From the IMG/VR virus record IMGVR_UViG_3300036668_000183, positions 3,511 to 67,510 of that record: a DNA stretch of 64,000 nt, one strand, 5' to 3'. The DNA comes from a virus. Positions 43,601-53,269 of the stretch are shown piece by piece. The first letter of the stretch is position 1; every line of letters starts with the position of its first letter. Made by a program: the position numbers and the translations under genes. Below the pieces are notes generated by a model that saw nothing but the letters and a program-made list of their open reading frames with translations, was not told the origin of the DNA and did not search any database.

Positions 43601-46600
43601 CCCTGATGAATTTGGTATCGATAGATTTAAGAACGGATTTATCGTAGATAACTTCGCAGGTCATACGACAGGTGATGTATTCTCTACAGACTACAAAGCG
43701 TCTATCGATATGGATGCCAAAGAGTTAAGACCAACATTCGTGATGGATAACGTAAAGTTGATTGAACAGGCTCGCTCTGATTCTGAACGCGCAACTCAGG
43801 GTTATCAGATAACGGGTGACTTGATTACTTTGCCCTATACAGAAAATCAATTTATTGCTCAGACATATGCTTCTCGCCCAGAGAATATTAACCCATTTGC
43901 TATCTTTACCTTTATCGGTTCGGTAGACTTGAATCCTCCTTCGGATGAATGGATAGAGACACAACGTGTACCAGAAATTATCAATGACGTAGAGGGCAAT
44001 TTCTCTGCCGTCCGAGCCGCAGAGCAAAACTCAGGTGCGCTTGGTACTATATGGAATGCATGGCAGACTCAATGGAGTGGGACTCAGGTAACGGGTAATA
44101 CATTATCTCGTGCGGCTGATTGGTCTACAAATGACCTTGGTCTAGGTGCCGCAGGTTGGCAAAACCGTCAAACCTTCACAGGAGCCGAGGTTGCTCTTAT
44201 TAATGGAACCGCAGGTGGTCGAGTCGTCACTCGCGAGGTTGTTGCTAATGCAAGTGGTCAAACTCGTACGGGTATCAATACCGAAGTTCGTGCAACATTC
44301 TCAAAGGAATTTGTGTCAGATAGAGTTGTCTCTACTTCGCTCATACCTTTCATACGTTCACGAAAGGTAGTATTCTTGGCTCGTGGTTTAAAGTTACAAA
44401 CTATTGTACATCCTTTCTTTGACCAGACTAATATTACTCAGTATATTACTCCTGCCTCTAGATTGACTTTCAAGGGTACTAATCCTATAAATGTAGAGGA
44501 CATCGACAAGTTTGACTTTGAGTCTAATGTTGGGCAAGATAACGATGAACCTTCAAGAAGGTTCAATGGTAATACTCAGACTTCATATAACAAAGGGGAC
44601 GTAGTATTCGTTAAACGTCGCGGTACAGTTTCCTATGCAAGCCCTGCCACATCACCTGCTACTGCGGTATGTGTACTTCAGGAAGTTCAGCCTGGTGGAA
44701 CAACTCGCTCAGTCTTGGTCGTAAACACTAAGGGCACATTCCTTACAACTGATATTATTGGGGGATCGGTTTCTGGTTCAGAAGGTGAAGTTACTTTATG
44801 GGCTCCGACAGAAAAGGGCGATCATTTATTGACAAACTTTGGTGGTGACGTTGCTGGTGTGTTTGATATACCCAATGACAACTCGGTGCAATTCCAAACT
44901 GGAAATCGCGAATTTAAGTTGATTGACAATACTACTAATAACGATCTGATTGCAAAGACTCGAGCGTTTGGCAACTATCATGCAGAAGGCGTATTACAGA
45001 CATGGCAGTCGACATATAGTTCTGTTCGTAATGGCGAGATAGTTCGTACTGTTGTAACAGATGATCGTACTGTCATTACAGACGAAAGGGCAGGTCGGAT
45101 TATTCGTGATACTGGTTGGTATGATCCTTTGGCTCAAACTTTCTTGGTACAAAACCGTGGTGGTGCATTCATTACCTCTATTGATGTATGGTTCGCATCG
45201 GTCGATCCAATTAAACCAGTAACATTACAGATTCGTGAAGTTGTAAATGGATACCCTGGGAAAACAATTCTGCCATTCTCTAATGTCACACTTTACCCAT
45301 ATGAGTTACGCGATGAGAACCAACCAGCGGGTTATGGTTTATCGGCCAACAGCATTGAATTAGACGGTAGTGTATGGTTAGCGGCAGATAAGCCAACTAA
45401 ATTTTATATGAAGTCACCCGTCTTTGTTCAAGACATCGGTGAATATTGTATAGTCCTTTTATCTAACTCAAATAATTATAACGTATGGACTTCTGAGCTT
45501 GGTGGTATTGATATTACTACACCAACACCACGCTTAATCTCTGAGCAACCCTATGCAGGTGTATTGTTTAAATCACAAAATGCCTCTACATGGACTGCTC
45601 ATCAGAATGAAGACTTAATGTTCAGGGTCAATACTGCTCAGTTCAATACTTCTGGTTCTGCCATATTTGTTAACGCAAGAGTCGATAATGCATCATTAAC
45701 CAACGATCCATTCTTTACTCGTGCAGGTTCTAAGCTCGTCAGAGTATTTCAACGTAATCATGGAATGTCTGTTGGGTCGAAGGTCACAATATTAGGCGTT
45801 GCGACAAATACATATAATAATATTTCTTCTACTCAATTAAATACACAGCATACGGTTTTACATATTGAGCAAAACTCTTTTACTGTTCGCGTAACAAGTA
45901 CGGCAGGACAAACTGGTCGTACTGGTGGTTCTGGTATTGTGTCTACTCGTAACGTTCAATTTGATACGGTACAACCCGTGATTCAGTTACAGAAGTTTGC
46001 CGATACGACTCTTGACTTTTCTATCAAGACAATTTCTGGGTCTTCTATAAATGGATCACAGGTAGCAGGGAATCCAGATTCTTCGTTCAGTTCTGTTATT
46101 GCGAATGACAATAACTCTTTTGCTTCCCCAAGAATGATAGCATCGCCAGAAAATGAGACGCTATATCTTTCGGGTCAAAAGTCATTAGAATTTAAAGCAA
46201 ACATGACGACATCGAACTCGTCAATATCACCTGTAATCGATACTGCCAGAACTTCACTTATCACAGTAAACAATCGTATTAATTCACCAACGTTCACATC
46301 AAATACTTTTGTAGGTGCAACTGAAGATGGCGACTTTGACTTCTATGCTATCATATCCTTAAATGAAGAGATTGCATTCAGTGGAAAAACTATTACGACA
46401 AATGATGTGGCAGTAAAGGCGATTTTTAAGTCACTACGAAATGGTAAGTACATAAACATCGTTGGTTCGGCTAGTAATGATGGTAATCATCTTATTACAA
46501 ATATATCCGAAGATGGTGGAACGGTGACGACCACTACATCATTCAATACTGCTTCGGCAGGTGCGATAATTACAATTAAGTTGTATGATAACTATATTGA

Positions 46601-46955
46601 TGAAATCGCACTTGAGAGTTCTTCCTTGGCTAAATACCTTACTAGAAAGATTAATCTATCGGGTTCTGCCGCAGAGTCAAAGAACTTATCTATTAGATTT
46701 GCCGCAGATATTCCAGTAGGTGCAAGTATAGAGGTTTATTATAAGACATCACAAGTTAGCTCAGGGATTCCTTTCAATGAAGTTCTTTGGAATTTCGTTG
46801 GTACCACTGTGGCTAATAACCGAATGTCAGATGCAGCATTTACTGTAAATGACATTCCTGCTTTCAATGCTGCGTCAATTAAACTTGTAATGAAGTCTTT
46901 CAACTCCTCAGCAATACCTAGAGCAAAGGATTTAATTGTTATTGCAACCGCCTAA
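40617..46955 (+). CDS. large virion structural protein (VrlC/DUF4815-like)
   Basis: N.APY.DDF, LFRPG.AVQ.RELNQLQ, APGAHR, GKAYV.GYE, TMRDIG.LE.RI..LEYYTSLSLLE, DPLAQTF; TATAAATA at 40533. Confidence 0.85.
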   Translation: MPINFNTAPYHDDFSEDKKFLKILFRPGYAVQTRELNQLQSMYQKQVDRFGQSIFKEGSIVIPGGTSLNTKLQYVKMTGNISSTQTIAGSDQSATSITVTDANIASMIGKEVTGEGSGVKGIVKHYKLATNTDPLTLFVEYDTTGDDNVTQVFNDAETLSVIISETNSENYTTYRINTAVSESTGVGSVVEIERGVYFIRGYFTLVEKQSLILEAYSSEPSYRIGLHVNETLVTPEQDETLNDNANGTYNYGAPGAHRYKVELLLEKLPLGSITDETFIELMQTEEGAKQSHVNKTEYSELARELARRTFDESGDYTVSSFRMTAKESRNNDRSEWVSGASYLIGDIITSNTKTYVSTMSGTSGSTTPSHLIGDASDGALTWTFDENPKYNNGQSLTGLESQIVLAVEPGKAYVRGYEIEKPSTTFITVNKARVYKQINDDLIATTIGSYIMTRNFVGVPDFVTFVSVNLKSFTGSSLGTAKIRGLERFGNEYRLYVFDIVLNTDKTFERDVKTIDNASFSSQVANIVDADAQGNVSVSGTTITGSGTRFSRDFIVGDFIDVGGNYYSITVITNDSTLTISASGTGATNVAYKIHRSNVKDPTQAISLFPLGRGFIKTVKDETPSVAIPEMSYTVMQKVTKTTGSGATSLTVSLSEVSGLTGVGSRIDPNTELTEIIVSTSGSAFVVPTGISVSIDDQSFTITGLPVSSESTTYTVFFPVIKNSSVTVTPKKKTPVRYATFDLTTTTAIEQRIISLGKADVYRVRKVIMSTATGAFNAAGAVDITQYFQLDDGQRDTHYDVSKLIRRPNFAVPTGSLRIYFDYYQHSEVGDYFCIDSYENVRREDIPLYSTIYGVVFLADVIDFRPRMGDDGVSFTSSGGALALPPKPGTTTEVDYTYYVPRIDKISLNIEGNFIVTEGTAADNAVSPEAPDLTMHLTTLTLAPYTLSPNYVNIQKIDNRRFTMRDIGKLEKRIENLEYYTSLSLLEQQASSLNVPDEFGIDRFKNGFIVDNFAGHTTGDVFSTDYKASIDMDAKELRPTFVMDNVKLIEQARSDSERATQGYQITGDLITLPYTENQFIAQTYASRPENINPFAIFTFIGSVDLNPPSDEWIETQRVPEIINDVEGNFSAVRAAEQNSGALGTIWNAWQTQWSGTQVTGNTLSRAADWSTNDLGLGAAGWQNRQTFTGAEVALINGTAGGRVVTREVVANASGQTRTGINTEVRATFSKEFVSDRVVSTSLIPFIRSRKVVFLARGLKLQTIVHPFFDQTNITQYITPASRLTFKGTNPINVEDIDKFDFESNVGQDNDEPSRRFNGNTQTSYNKGDVVFVKRRGTVSYASPATSPATAVCVLQEVQPGGTTRSVLVVNTKGTFLTTDIIGGSVSGSEGEVTLWAPTEKGDHLLTNFGGDVAGVFDIPNDNSVQFQTGNREFKLIDNTTNNDLIAKTRAFGNYHAEGVLQTWQSTYSSVRNGEIVRTVVTDDRTVITDERAGRIIRDTGWYDPLAQTFLVQNRGGAFITSIDVWFASVDPIKPVTLQIREVVNGYPGKTILPFSNVTLYPYELRDENQPAGYGLSANSIELDGSVWLAADKPTKFYMKSPVFVQDIGEYCIVLLSNSNNYNVWTSELGGIDITTPTPRLISEQPYAGVLFKSQNASTWTAHQNEDLMFRVNTAQFNTSGSAIFVNARVDNASLTNDPFFTRAGSKLVRVFQRNHGMSVGSKVTILGVATNTYNNISSTQLNTQHTVLHIEQNSFTVRVTSTAGQTGRTGGSGIVSTRNVQFDTVQPVIQLQKFADTTLDFSIKTISGSSINGSQVAGNPDSSFSSVIANDNNSFASPRMIASPENETLYLSGQKSLEFKANMTTSNSSISPVIDTARTSLITVNNRINSPTFTSNTFVGATEDGDFDFYAIISLNEEIAFSGKTITTNDVAVKAIFKSLRNGKYINIVGSASNDGNHLITNISEDGGTVTTTTSFNTASAGAIITIKLYDNYIDEIALESSSLAKYLTRKINLSGSAAESKNLSIRFAADIPVGASIEVYYKTSQVSSGIPFNEVLWNFVGTTVANNRMSDAAFTVNDIPAFNAASIKLVMKSFNSSAIPRAKDLIVIATA

Positions 46956-46956
46956 T

Positions 46957-47166
46957 ATGGATTCTCTTATAAAAGTGAAAGATGAAATCGGGTTGCATCG
47001 AGAAATGCAATCTGGTGCCATAGTGAATACTTCTTCTACAGACTATAATAAATACATTGAGCAACGTAATAAAATGAAACATCAACAAGAAAGAATAAAT
47101 AAACTAGAAGATGATGTTGCAGACTTAAGAAATTTAATTCAACAAATGGTAGCCAAAGCGATATGA
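46957..47166 (+). CDS. small coiled-coil protein
   Basis: R...SGAIVN.....Y, heptad C-terminus. Confidence 0.7.
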   Translation: MDSLIKVKDEIGLHREMQSGAIVNTSSTDYNKYIEQRNKMKHQQERINKLEDDVADLRNLIQQMVAKAI

Positions 47167-47612
47167 TAGAAGATAATATCAAAATAGAAGGTGTTGTTAC
47201 GGTAGAGTTATTTGGCTCAGATCATGTTCTCAAATATTCCGATACTGTACATAATCTAGTTACCACTGCAGGTAAGAACTTCATTGTTCGTAAAATAAAG
47301 GGCGATGTCGAAGTGATCGAGTCGATTTCAATTGGCTCTGGCACTACTCCTGCAACTATAACTGATACTGCTATGGAAACTTTGTTGGCTCAAAACAATG
47401 TGTTGTTTACTTTTGTTGATACCGTGAATACTAATGTTCTTGTTAACACCACAACATTTGAAGAGGGCATCGGTACGGGTACACTGAACGAGATTGGATT
47501 GTTTTCTGATTCATCACCAAGGAAATTACTTTGTCGTACTGTTGTATCGACACCATTCGTCAAATCACCCACGGACTATTTAAATGTTTCGTGGAAAATT
47601 AAAATCGGGTAA
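47163..47612 (+). CDS. tail-fibre/collar-like structural protein
   Basis: HNLVTTAG, IGSGTT, EIGLF, V.WKI. Confidence 0.65.
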   Translation: MIEDNIKIEGVVTVELFGSDHVLKYSDTVHNLVTTAGKNFIVRKIKGDVEVIESISIGSGTTPATITDTAMETLLAQNNVLFTFVDTVNTNVLVNTTTFEEGIGTGTLNEIGLFSDSSPRKLLCRTVVSTPFVKSPTDYLNVSWKIKIG

Positions 47613-47615
47613 AAG

Positions 47616-50312
47616 ATGGCAACAATTATAAAACGGTTAGTCAAAGGCACACCTCTTACGAATGCTGAAGGAGATGCTAACCTAGACGCATTTAATACAG
47701 AAAAACTAGAACGCAATGGGTCAATACCCATGACGGGTAATTTGAACACCTCTGGCATTGTACCAATAAGCGAAGCCAATGGTCTAAAAATCTTTAATGA
47801 GAATGACGAACTTGTCGCGACCTTTGGTGCAGGTAATACAAAAGATATTGTGGTTGAAGGTAATATAAACGTTGGTGGCGAGGCAAGCGGAGATCTTAAT
47901 CTAAACGGTGGTGATATATCTGTACGAAATATATATCTTTCTGGTCAGATTATATCATCTCAGCTTGGTGCACAATATAAAGTATCAGGCGACGGTGAAA
48001 CTTTTCAGGGTACTGGCGAAAATTTATCAAATAAACTTGTAGTCACATTAGATGTCATCTTACGATTGATTACTATAGAAGGCACATTTGATTCCGGGCA
48101 AGAAATTGTAGGATCAGTATCTGCTACAACTGGAACGGTCACAAAGGTCTTTGGTAATGACATATACGTCAAATTAGATGATCCTGCTGAATCATTTACC
48201 ATAGGGGAAACTATATCCTATGCATCAAATACTGGTGTGTTAAGTGTTGTCATAGATTCATCTACCTTTGAAATTGGTCATGAAGTAAAAATATTTGGCG
48301 CATCTGTCCCTGGGAGCCCTACTCCTATTATTACTCCTGCCTCATCGGCAGCTAAGATTGGCACTGGTTCAGGGTTTACATATTACTATTGGATTGCGCA
48401 GTTTAACTTTAATGATGGTAGAATATCAAGTGCAACAAAAATAAGCACTAGTATTGTTCATAAAGTTGCGTCAGAGTTTAATGAGACTGATAATATTTCA
48501 TTGATATTAAATCGTACAAGCGCAAGTTATGGTATTGCGATATATAGAGCAACTCAAGATTCTATCGACCAATCAGTTCTTATTGATGTACTAGGTCCAG
48601 GGCAATTAGGCGGGGCTGCTTCTAATATATCATATATAGACTATGGTCGTTATTCTAATACAGAGTGGGCAGGTAAAGATGATTTTGGCAACTATACTGC
48701 TAATTCTGGTATCATACACTTCCCGTTATCTGCATCGGCAACACCTTTGAAGGGTTGGGTTACTGCTACAGTTGAAAGCATAGACAATACAGAGCAAGTA
48801 ACATTTGATGCACAATATGAAATGAACTCAGGTTCTTCATTAGAATTTGTACATAATAATACTGCTGGTCTTCAGCAGTTTATAAATGACCAACGGGATT
48901 TAAATGTCAAGGAAGCAAACTTTTCTAATGGTGTCTATTATACATCTAAACTGAAAGTCCCTTCGAACTTTGAGATGACAGGCTCAGGCAAGCAAACCGT
49001 ATTTAAACAAATCCCTTGGAATTTTGAATACTGGAATGATGTAGTTAACCCTAACGAAAAGGGTAATATATTTGTATCAGAAGAGTCGGCTCCATTTAGT
49101 GTTTCGTTTTCTAACTTGACTGCAGATGGTAACTTTACTAATAATGCAAGATATGCAGAAGCCAACGCAACATACCTAATCAATATATCAAATGGCGAGA
49201 ATATTTCATTCTCTGATATTCAGGTCGTTAATTCTACGGGTGGTGGCATTCGTTCGTATCAGTGTGATTATCTTCGTCTTCAGAATTGTGAAATATTAAA
49301 TGGTGGCGGTGTATCCTATTTGGGTAACGAGTTGTCTCCATTCTTTTCTGGTGGTTCTAGATACCTTACAGTAACGAATAACTTGTTTGAAAACTTCTTG
49401 AGTCCTGTTGATGTATCTGTGACTAATATCGGAACAGTAATTGGTAATACGGTTCGCAACTGCGGATCGGGTCTATTGATATATGGTTCAGCCAATTTAC
49501 TTTCATCGCCTAATTTATTGATGGGACCTGATAATGAGTACCTGCCTTCTCCTGATACAATGGACTCAGATTATAATGCCGTAAATATTTCGCTCGATAG
49601 CGGTGTGGATTATATCTCTGCAGCATATCTCTATATGGAACGTGGCGTTGTGTCGTACCTCGGTTCTGGTGATAGGAATAGTATTCCTGGGACTGCCGTA
49701 GAATTGACTGCTGACATTAGGATGTTGACCAAGTTAAATAATGATGAGCAACTTCCTGTTGACTATTCCGAAACATTGCGTGGTACGCAATTTATTAATT
49801 TCATATCTGCTGATACAGGTGACTATGGAAGAAACAATGGTTATTTCCAGTTCAAGATACTCGGTACTGATATTAACGAGATTCCTACTCTATCAGAGTT
49901 GATTACAGAGAATTCAGGAATACTTGTTGCAGGAGAGCAGATCATGGGCTTGGCATATCGAGTCATAGGTACAACTTATACAAATACTGATGTTGGCGAA
50001 AGAATTGCAATAGAGGAATCTATATTTTCTGCAAGTGGCAGTGATAAGTTCATTACCATTACGTTAAGTGATCCTTCACAATATGCTACATTTGTTTCGG
50101 GTGATACAGTAAAAATATTTACTCATACATCTACACCAGATATAAATAGTACAGAGAGTGTCATTGTAGAAAAGATTGTATCTGGCTTGGCGCGCAAACT
50201 AAAAATTCAATTACCAGCAGAAGTTAATTTATCTGGTTCAGTAAATGGTGGTGTAACAGGTTATGTCGCTATCAGAAAATCATTCATACTTGCCAAAGGA
50301 AGAATTCATTAA
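47616..50312 (+). CDS. fibre/spike protein with parallel beta-helix-like region
   Basis: R..KG.PLT..E.DAN fibre N-terminus; I.NC.I.N / VTNN.FEN beta-helix pattern. Confidence 0.65.
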   Translation: MATIIKRLVKGTPLTNAEGDANLDAFNTEKLERNGSIPMTGNLNTSGIVPISEANGLKIFNENDELVATFGAGNTKDIVVEGNINVGGEASGDLNLNGGDISVRNIYLSGQIISSQLGAQYKVSGDGETFQGTGENLSNKLVVTLDVILRLITIEGTFDSGQEIVGSVSATTGTVTKVFGNDIYVKLDDPAESFTIGETISYASNTGVLSVVIDSSTFEIGHEVKIFGASVPGSPTPIITPASSAAKIGTGSGFTYYYWIAQFNFNDGRISSATKISTSIVHKVASEFNETDNISLILNRTSASYGIAIYRATQDSIDQSVLIDVLGPGQLGGAASNISYIDYGRYSNTEWAGKDDFGNYTANSGIIHFPLSASATPLKGWVTATVESIDNTEQVTFDAQYEMNSGSSLEFVHNNTAGLQQFINDQRDLNVKEANFSNGVYYTSKLKVPSNFEMTGSGKQTVFKQIPWNFEYWNDVVNPNEKGNIFVSEESAPFSVSFSNLTADGNFTNNARYAEANATYLINISNGENISFSDIQVVNSTGGGIRSYQCDYLRLQNCEILNGGGVSYLGNELSPFFSGGSRYLTVTNNLFENFLSPVDVSVTNIGTVIGNTVRNCGSGLLIYGSANLLSSPNLLMGPDNEYLPSPDTMDSDYNAVNISLDSGVDYISAAYLYMERGVVSYLGSGDRNSIPGTAVELTADIRMLTKLNNDEQLPVDYSETLRGTQFINFISADTGDYGRNNGYFQFKILGTDINEIPTLSELITENSGILVAGEQIMGLAYRVIGTTYTNTDVGERIAIEESIFSASGSDKFITITLSDPSQYATFVSGDTVKIFTHTSTPDINSTESVIVEKIVSGLARKLKIQLPAEVNLSGSVNGGVTGYVAIRKSFILAKGRIH

Positions 50313-53263
50313 TGTCTAGTCTAACTAATGTAAACAATAATGCCGCAGTTGTTGTCGTAGGACGAACTGCGGCAGTACCTCCTGGTCAACAACCAGCAAG
50401 TAAATCGATTCCTGTTGTATTAGCAACTGATCAACCTCCTGTCCCAGTCATTGAACAAAACAAGATTGCTTCTGAAGTAGCATTATCTTTGTTGGGTATT
50501 CCACGTTCAGAAGTTGCACTTGGCATCTTTGCTGACGTGAATACCTATGACGTCAATCCTTCTGAATGGTCTAGCAGTCCTGCAATTCGAGAGGATATTC
50601 TTGAAGCAGATGACATTGCATATGATGGTTTTGATGGCGAACAAGGTTGGGGAATCAAACATATCCCAGAAGAGTCTGGTGCTCTTGTTGAGGCTCCTGC
50701 TAATAAGGTAGCAATTCTTACATCAAAGCGATTCTTTCGTTATCAGCCAGGTCGTGTATCATCGGCCACATTTGGCATAAAGACTTCGATTATCCCTGGC
50801 GAGCCTTCCGATGTATATCGTAATCCTGCAATTCGCAAGTATGGTATTTTTGACAAGTTTGATGGTTATTTTTGGGAAACCCGTGACACAGGAAAAGGCG
50901 ACCAACTTGTCGTAGTCCGTCGTACTCAAGCAGTTATTACGGCTAATCCGATTACCTTTGGTTCGGCAATGGGACAGCAAATAGATGACTATGGTCAATC
51001 AGGCGAAGCACCCTCATCAACTAATGCAGAAGGGACTCCTGGTGATTTAGTTATCCTACGCGATAGTCTAGTCATGTCTCATGCCGCGATGTATGATCCT
51101 TCACTATTGCTAGAAGAAACAAATCATGCTGCTTCGGCAATAGGTTCAAATGCAATAACATTGGCAGTTGCAGATGGTGAATTAGCCAATGGTCAATATG
51201 TATCTTATCACACAGATGAACCAACTGCAATTACTGGTCTGATAAAGACAAAGATTTATCGTGTCATTGAAAAGACTACACCATCTGTTGGTAACTATAC
51301 GGTCAAGTTGGCCGAGTTAGGTGATGACGGTCAGGGCAATACTCCTATTACACTTGGTACACTGACAGGAACTCATGTTATCCGTACACCTGTGCCATTT
51401 ATATTCCCAGAAAATGGTGTCGAAGGCGCTCATGATATTATGTTTCCATTGCGTCGGTCGTTTGACATAGACAGAAATGTTTTAGAAACTCCTGTTGGAT
51501 ATATTGGGACCTCTAAGAGTGGTGATGAAACTGTATCACAGGCACTTGTTCGTATCTCAGAAGAGATTGATGTTGTTAATACAAGTTGGGCAAATTGGGT
51601 AGAGCAAAACGTCAAGCCAGAATTTTATCGTGTCTATGAATATCGTATTCCACGTTCACGTTTCTCTGGCGACTTCCTAAATGGTACTCAGGATTCAACT
51701 GCACAGGAAGTATTATACTCTGACGTAGTGCGTACAGGTTCTGGCAATGATACGATTAAACTTCCTGGCGAAAACGTTATCTCTCCAGTAACTGATGGCA
51801 ACATTACCTCTGATTCTATTTGGGACATTGACTTTACTAAAGTAATCATGCAAAAGATAGAATTCTCGTGGTACGGTGCGGTGGGTGCACTGTTCCTTGC
51901 CTATGTTCCTGTATCAAATGGCGAGGCTCGCTGGGTTCGTGTTCATCATCTTCGTGCATCTAATCAACTCAAAGTATCTTCTTTGGGTAATGCCACCTTG
52001 CCTATTACATACCTTGTATATGGTGGTGGTTCAGAAGAGCGATATGGTTATGAAAATGCATCAAGTTCTGGCAAAAGAATTCCTAATTCAGTCCCAGGAT
52101 CTGGTTCATATTCACAATACATTACTAAGTACGGTGCATCATATTATATCGATGGCGGTGATCGAGGAACAGTTCGACTTTATAGTTATGCCTCCTCTGC
52201 TGCGACTGAAGTATATGGCTCAAAGTATCGTATAAAAGTTAATGCTTCGGAGTCTCAGGCATCGGATCCTTATGTGACTATGATTGAGACTGCTCCATAT
52301 GACGTCAACCCTACTGCGTCGGATTTCTATATGAGTGGTACGTTATTGTCTGGTGATGTAGTCGACCGTGGTATTAAGGTTACATGGGTAGATATACCAA
52401 ATAAGAGATTGTACCTTAACAAGGCATTGAATTCTGTTACTGGTGTATCGGTTCAAATGGACATTCTGGTAGATCGCCCTCAGATTATCTATGGTCTTCA
52501 GACTAAGCGTGAAATTGTTTCATCGCAGGGTAAGAGTGTTCGTAACCGTGTTCAGGTATATCCTACACGTCTTGCAACTGGCGCAGCAGGTACATCTACT
52601 ATATCGTTACAATTACGCAAGAATCCTATTTTCCAGACCTTTGATGCATATTCAGGTACATTGACCCTCACTGCGGCAACGGTACTAAAATCTGCAGGTC
52701 AACAAACGGCATTGTCATTATCAGCAACTCCTACAATTGCAGATGGCAAGTCTGTATATGGTTGGTTCAGGGCATACTTTACATCAGATGTCGGCGAGTT
52801 TAAGTTTCTTGTACTTGGTCTATTGAGACGTATCGGTTCGGCATATAACTTCACGGCCAAAGATGCATACTCAGAAGAAGTCGAGATTGTTGGATCCTTT
52901 ATGGTTGCAGTTAACTATGACGAAGATGGTACAGTAATCAGTACGGATACAGGAACTCCTGAAGAGTTGTCAAGATTATCTTCTGTTCTAATCAACGAAG
53001 AATTGCGTACTCCGATCCCAGGAACTGGTACTCAGGTCACTACGTTTTATATTCCTCCTGGTGGTAATATATTTGAACTCGATGCATACTTTGATTACAA
53101 TAAAGATTATCTCTCATATCCATTGACCAATGAAACTGATTTACTTTTCTTGACTTCTGCTTCAGTGGATCGTCAATATAATATAGATGGTAGCGGAGAT
53201 CCTACGGGTTCGCCTGTCCTGAAATCGTCAGTGTTAGCAAGTCTGACATGGGAAGAGCAATAA
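50312..53263 (+). CDS. large virion structural protein (paralog of 53270..56521)
   Basis: RYQPGR, KIEFSWYGA, GEARWV, KYGASYYIDGGD. Confidence 0.7.
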   Translation: MSSLTNVNNNAAVVVVGRTAAVPPGQQPASKSIPVVLATDQPPVPVIEQNKIASEVALSLLGIPRSEVALGIFADVNTYDVNPSEWSSSPAIREDILEADDIAYDGFDGEQGWGIKHIPEESGALVEAPANKVAILTSKRFFRYQPGRVSSATFGIKTSIIPGEPSDVYRNPAIRKYGIFDKFDGYFWETRDTGKGDQLVVVRRTQAVITANPITFGSAMGQQIDDYGQSGEAPSSTNAEGTPGDLVILRDSLVMSHAAMYDPSLLLEETNHAASAIGSNAITLAVADGELANGQYVSYHTDEPTAITGLIKTKIYRVIEKTTPSVGNYTVKLAELGDDGQGNTPITLGTLTGTHVIRTPVPFIFPENGVEGAHDIMFPLRRSFDIDRNVLETPVGYIGTSKSGDETVSQALVRISEEIDVVNTSWANWVEQNVKPEFYRVYEYRIPRSRFSGDFLNGTQDSTAQEVLYSDVVRTGSGNDTIKLPGENVISPVTDGNITSDSIWDIDFTKVIMQKIEFSWYGAVGALFLAYVPVSNGEARWVRVHHLRASNQLKVSSLGNATLPITYLVYGGGSEERYGYENASSSGKRIPNSVPGSGSYSQYITKYGASYYIDGGDRGTVRLYSYASSAATEVYGSKYRIKVNASESQASDPYVTMIETAPYDVNPTASDFYMSGTLLSGDVVDRGIKVTWVDIPNKRLYLNKALNSVTGVSVQMDILVDRPQIIYGLQTKREIVSSQGKSVRNRVQVYPTRLATGAAGTSTISLQLRKNPIFQTFDAYSGTLTLTAATVLKSAGQQTALSLSATPTIADGKSVYGWFRAYFTSDVGEFKFLVLGLLRRIGSAYNFTAKDAYSEEVEIVGSFMVAVNYDEDGTVISTDTGTPEELSRLSSVLINEELRTPIPGTGTQVTTFYIPPGGNIFELDAYFDYNKDYLSYPLTNETDLLFLTSASVDRQYNIDGSGDPTGSPVLKSSVLASLTWEEQ

Positions 53264-53269
53264 TACGTT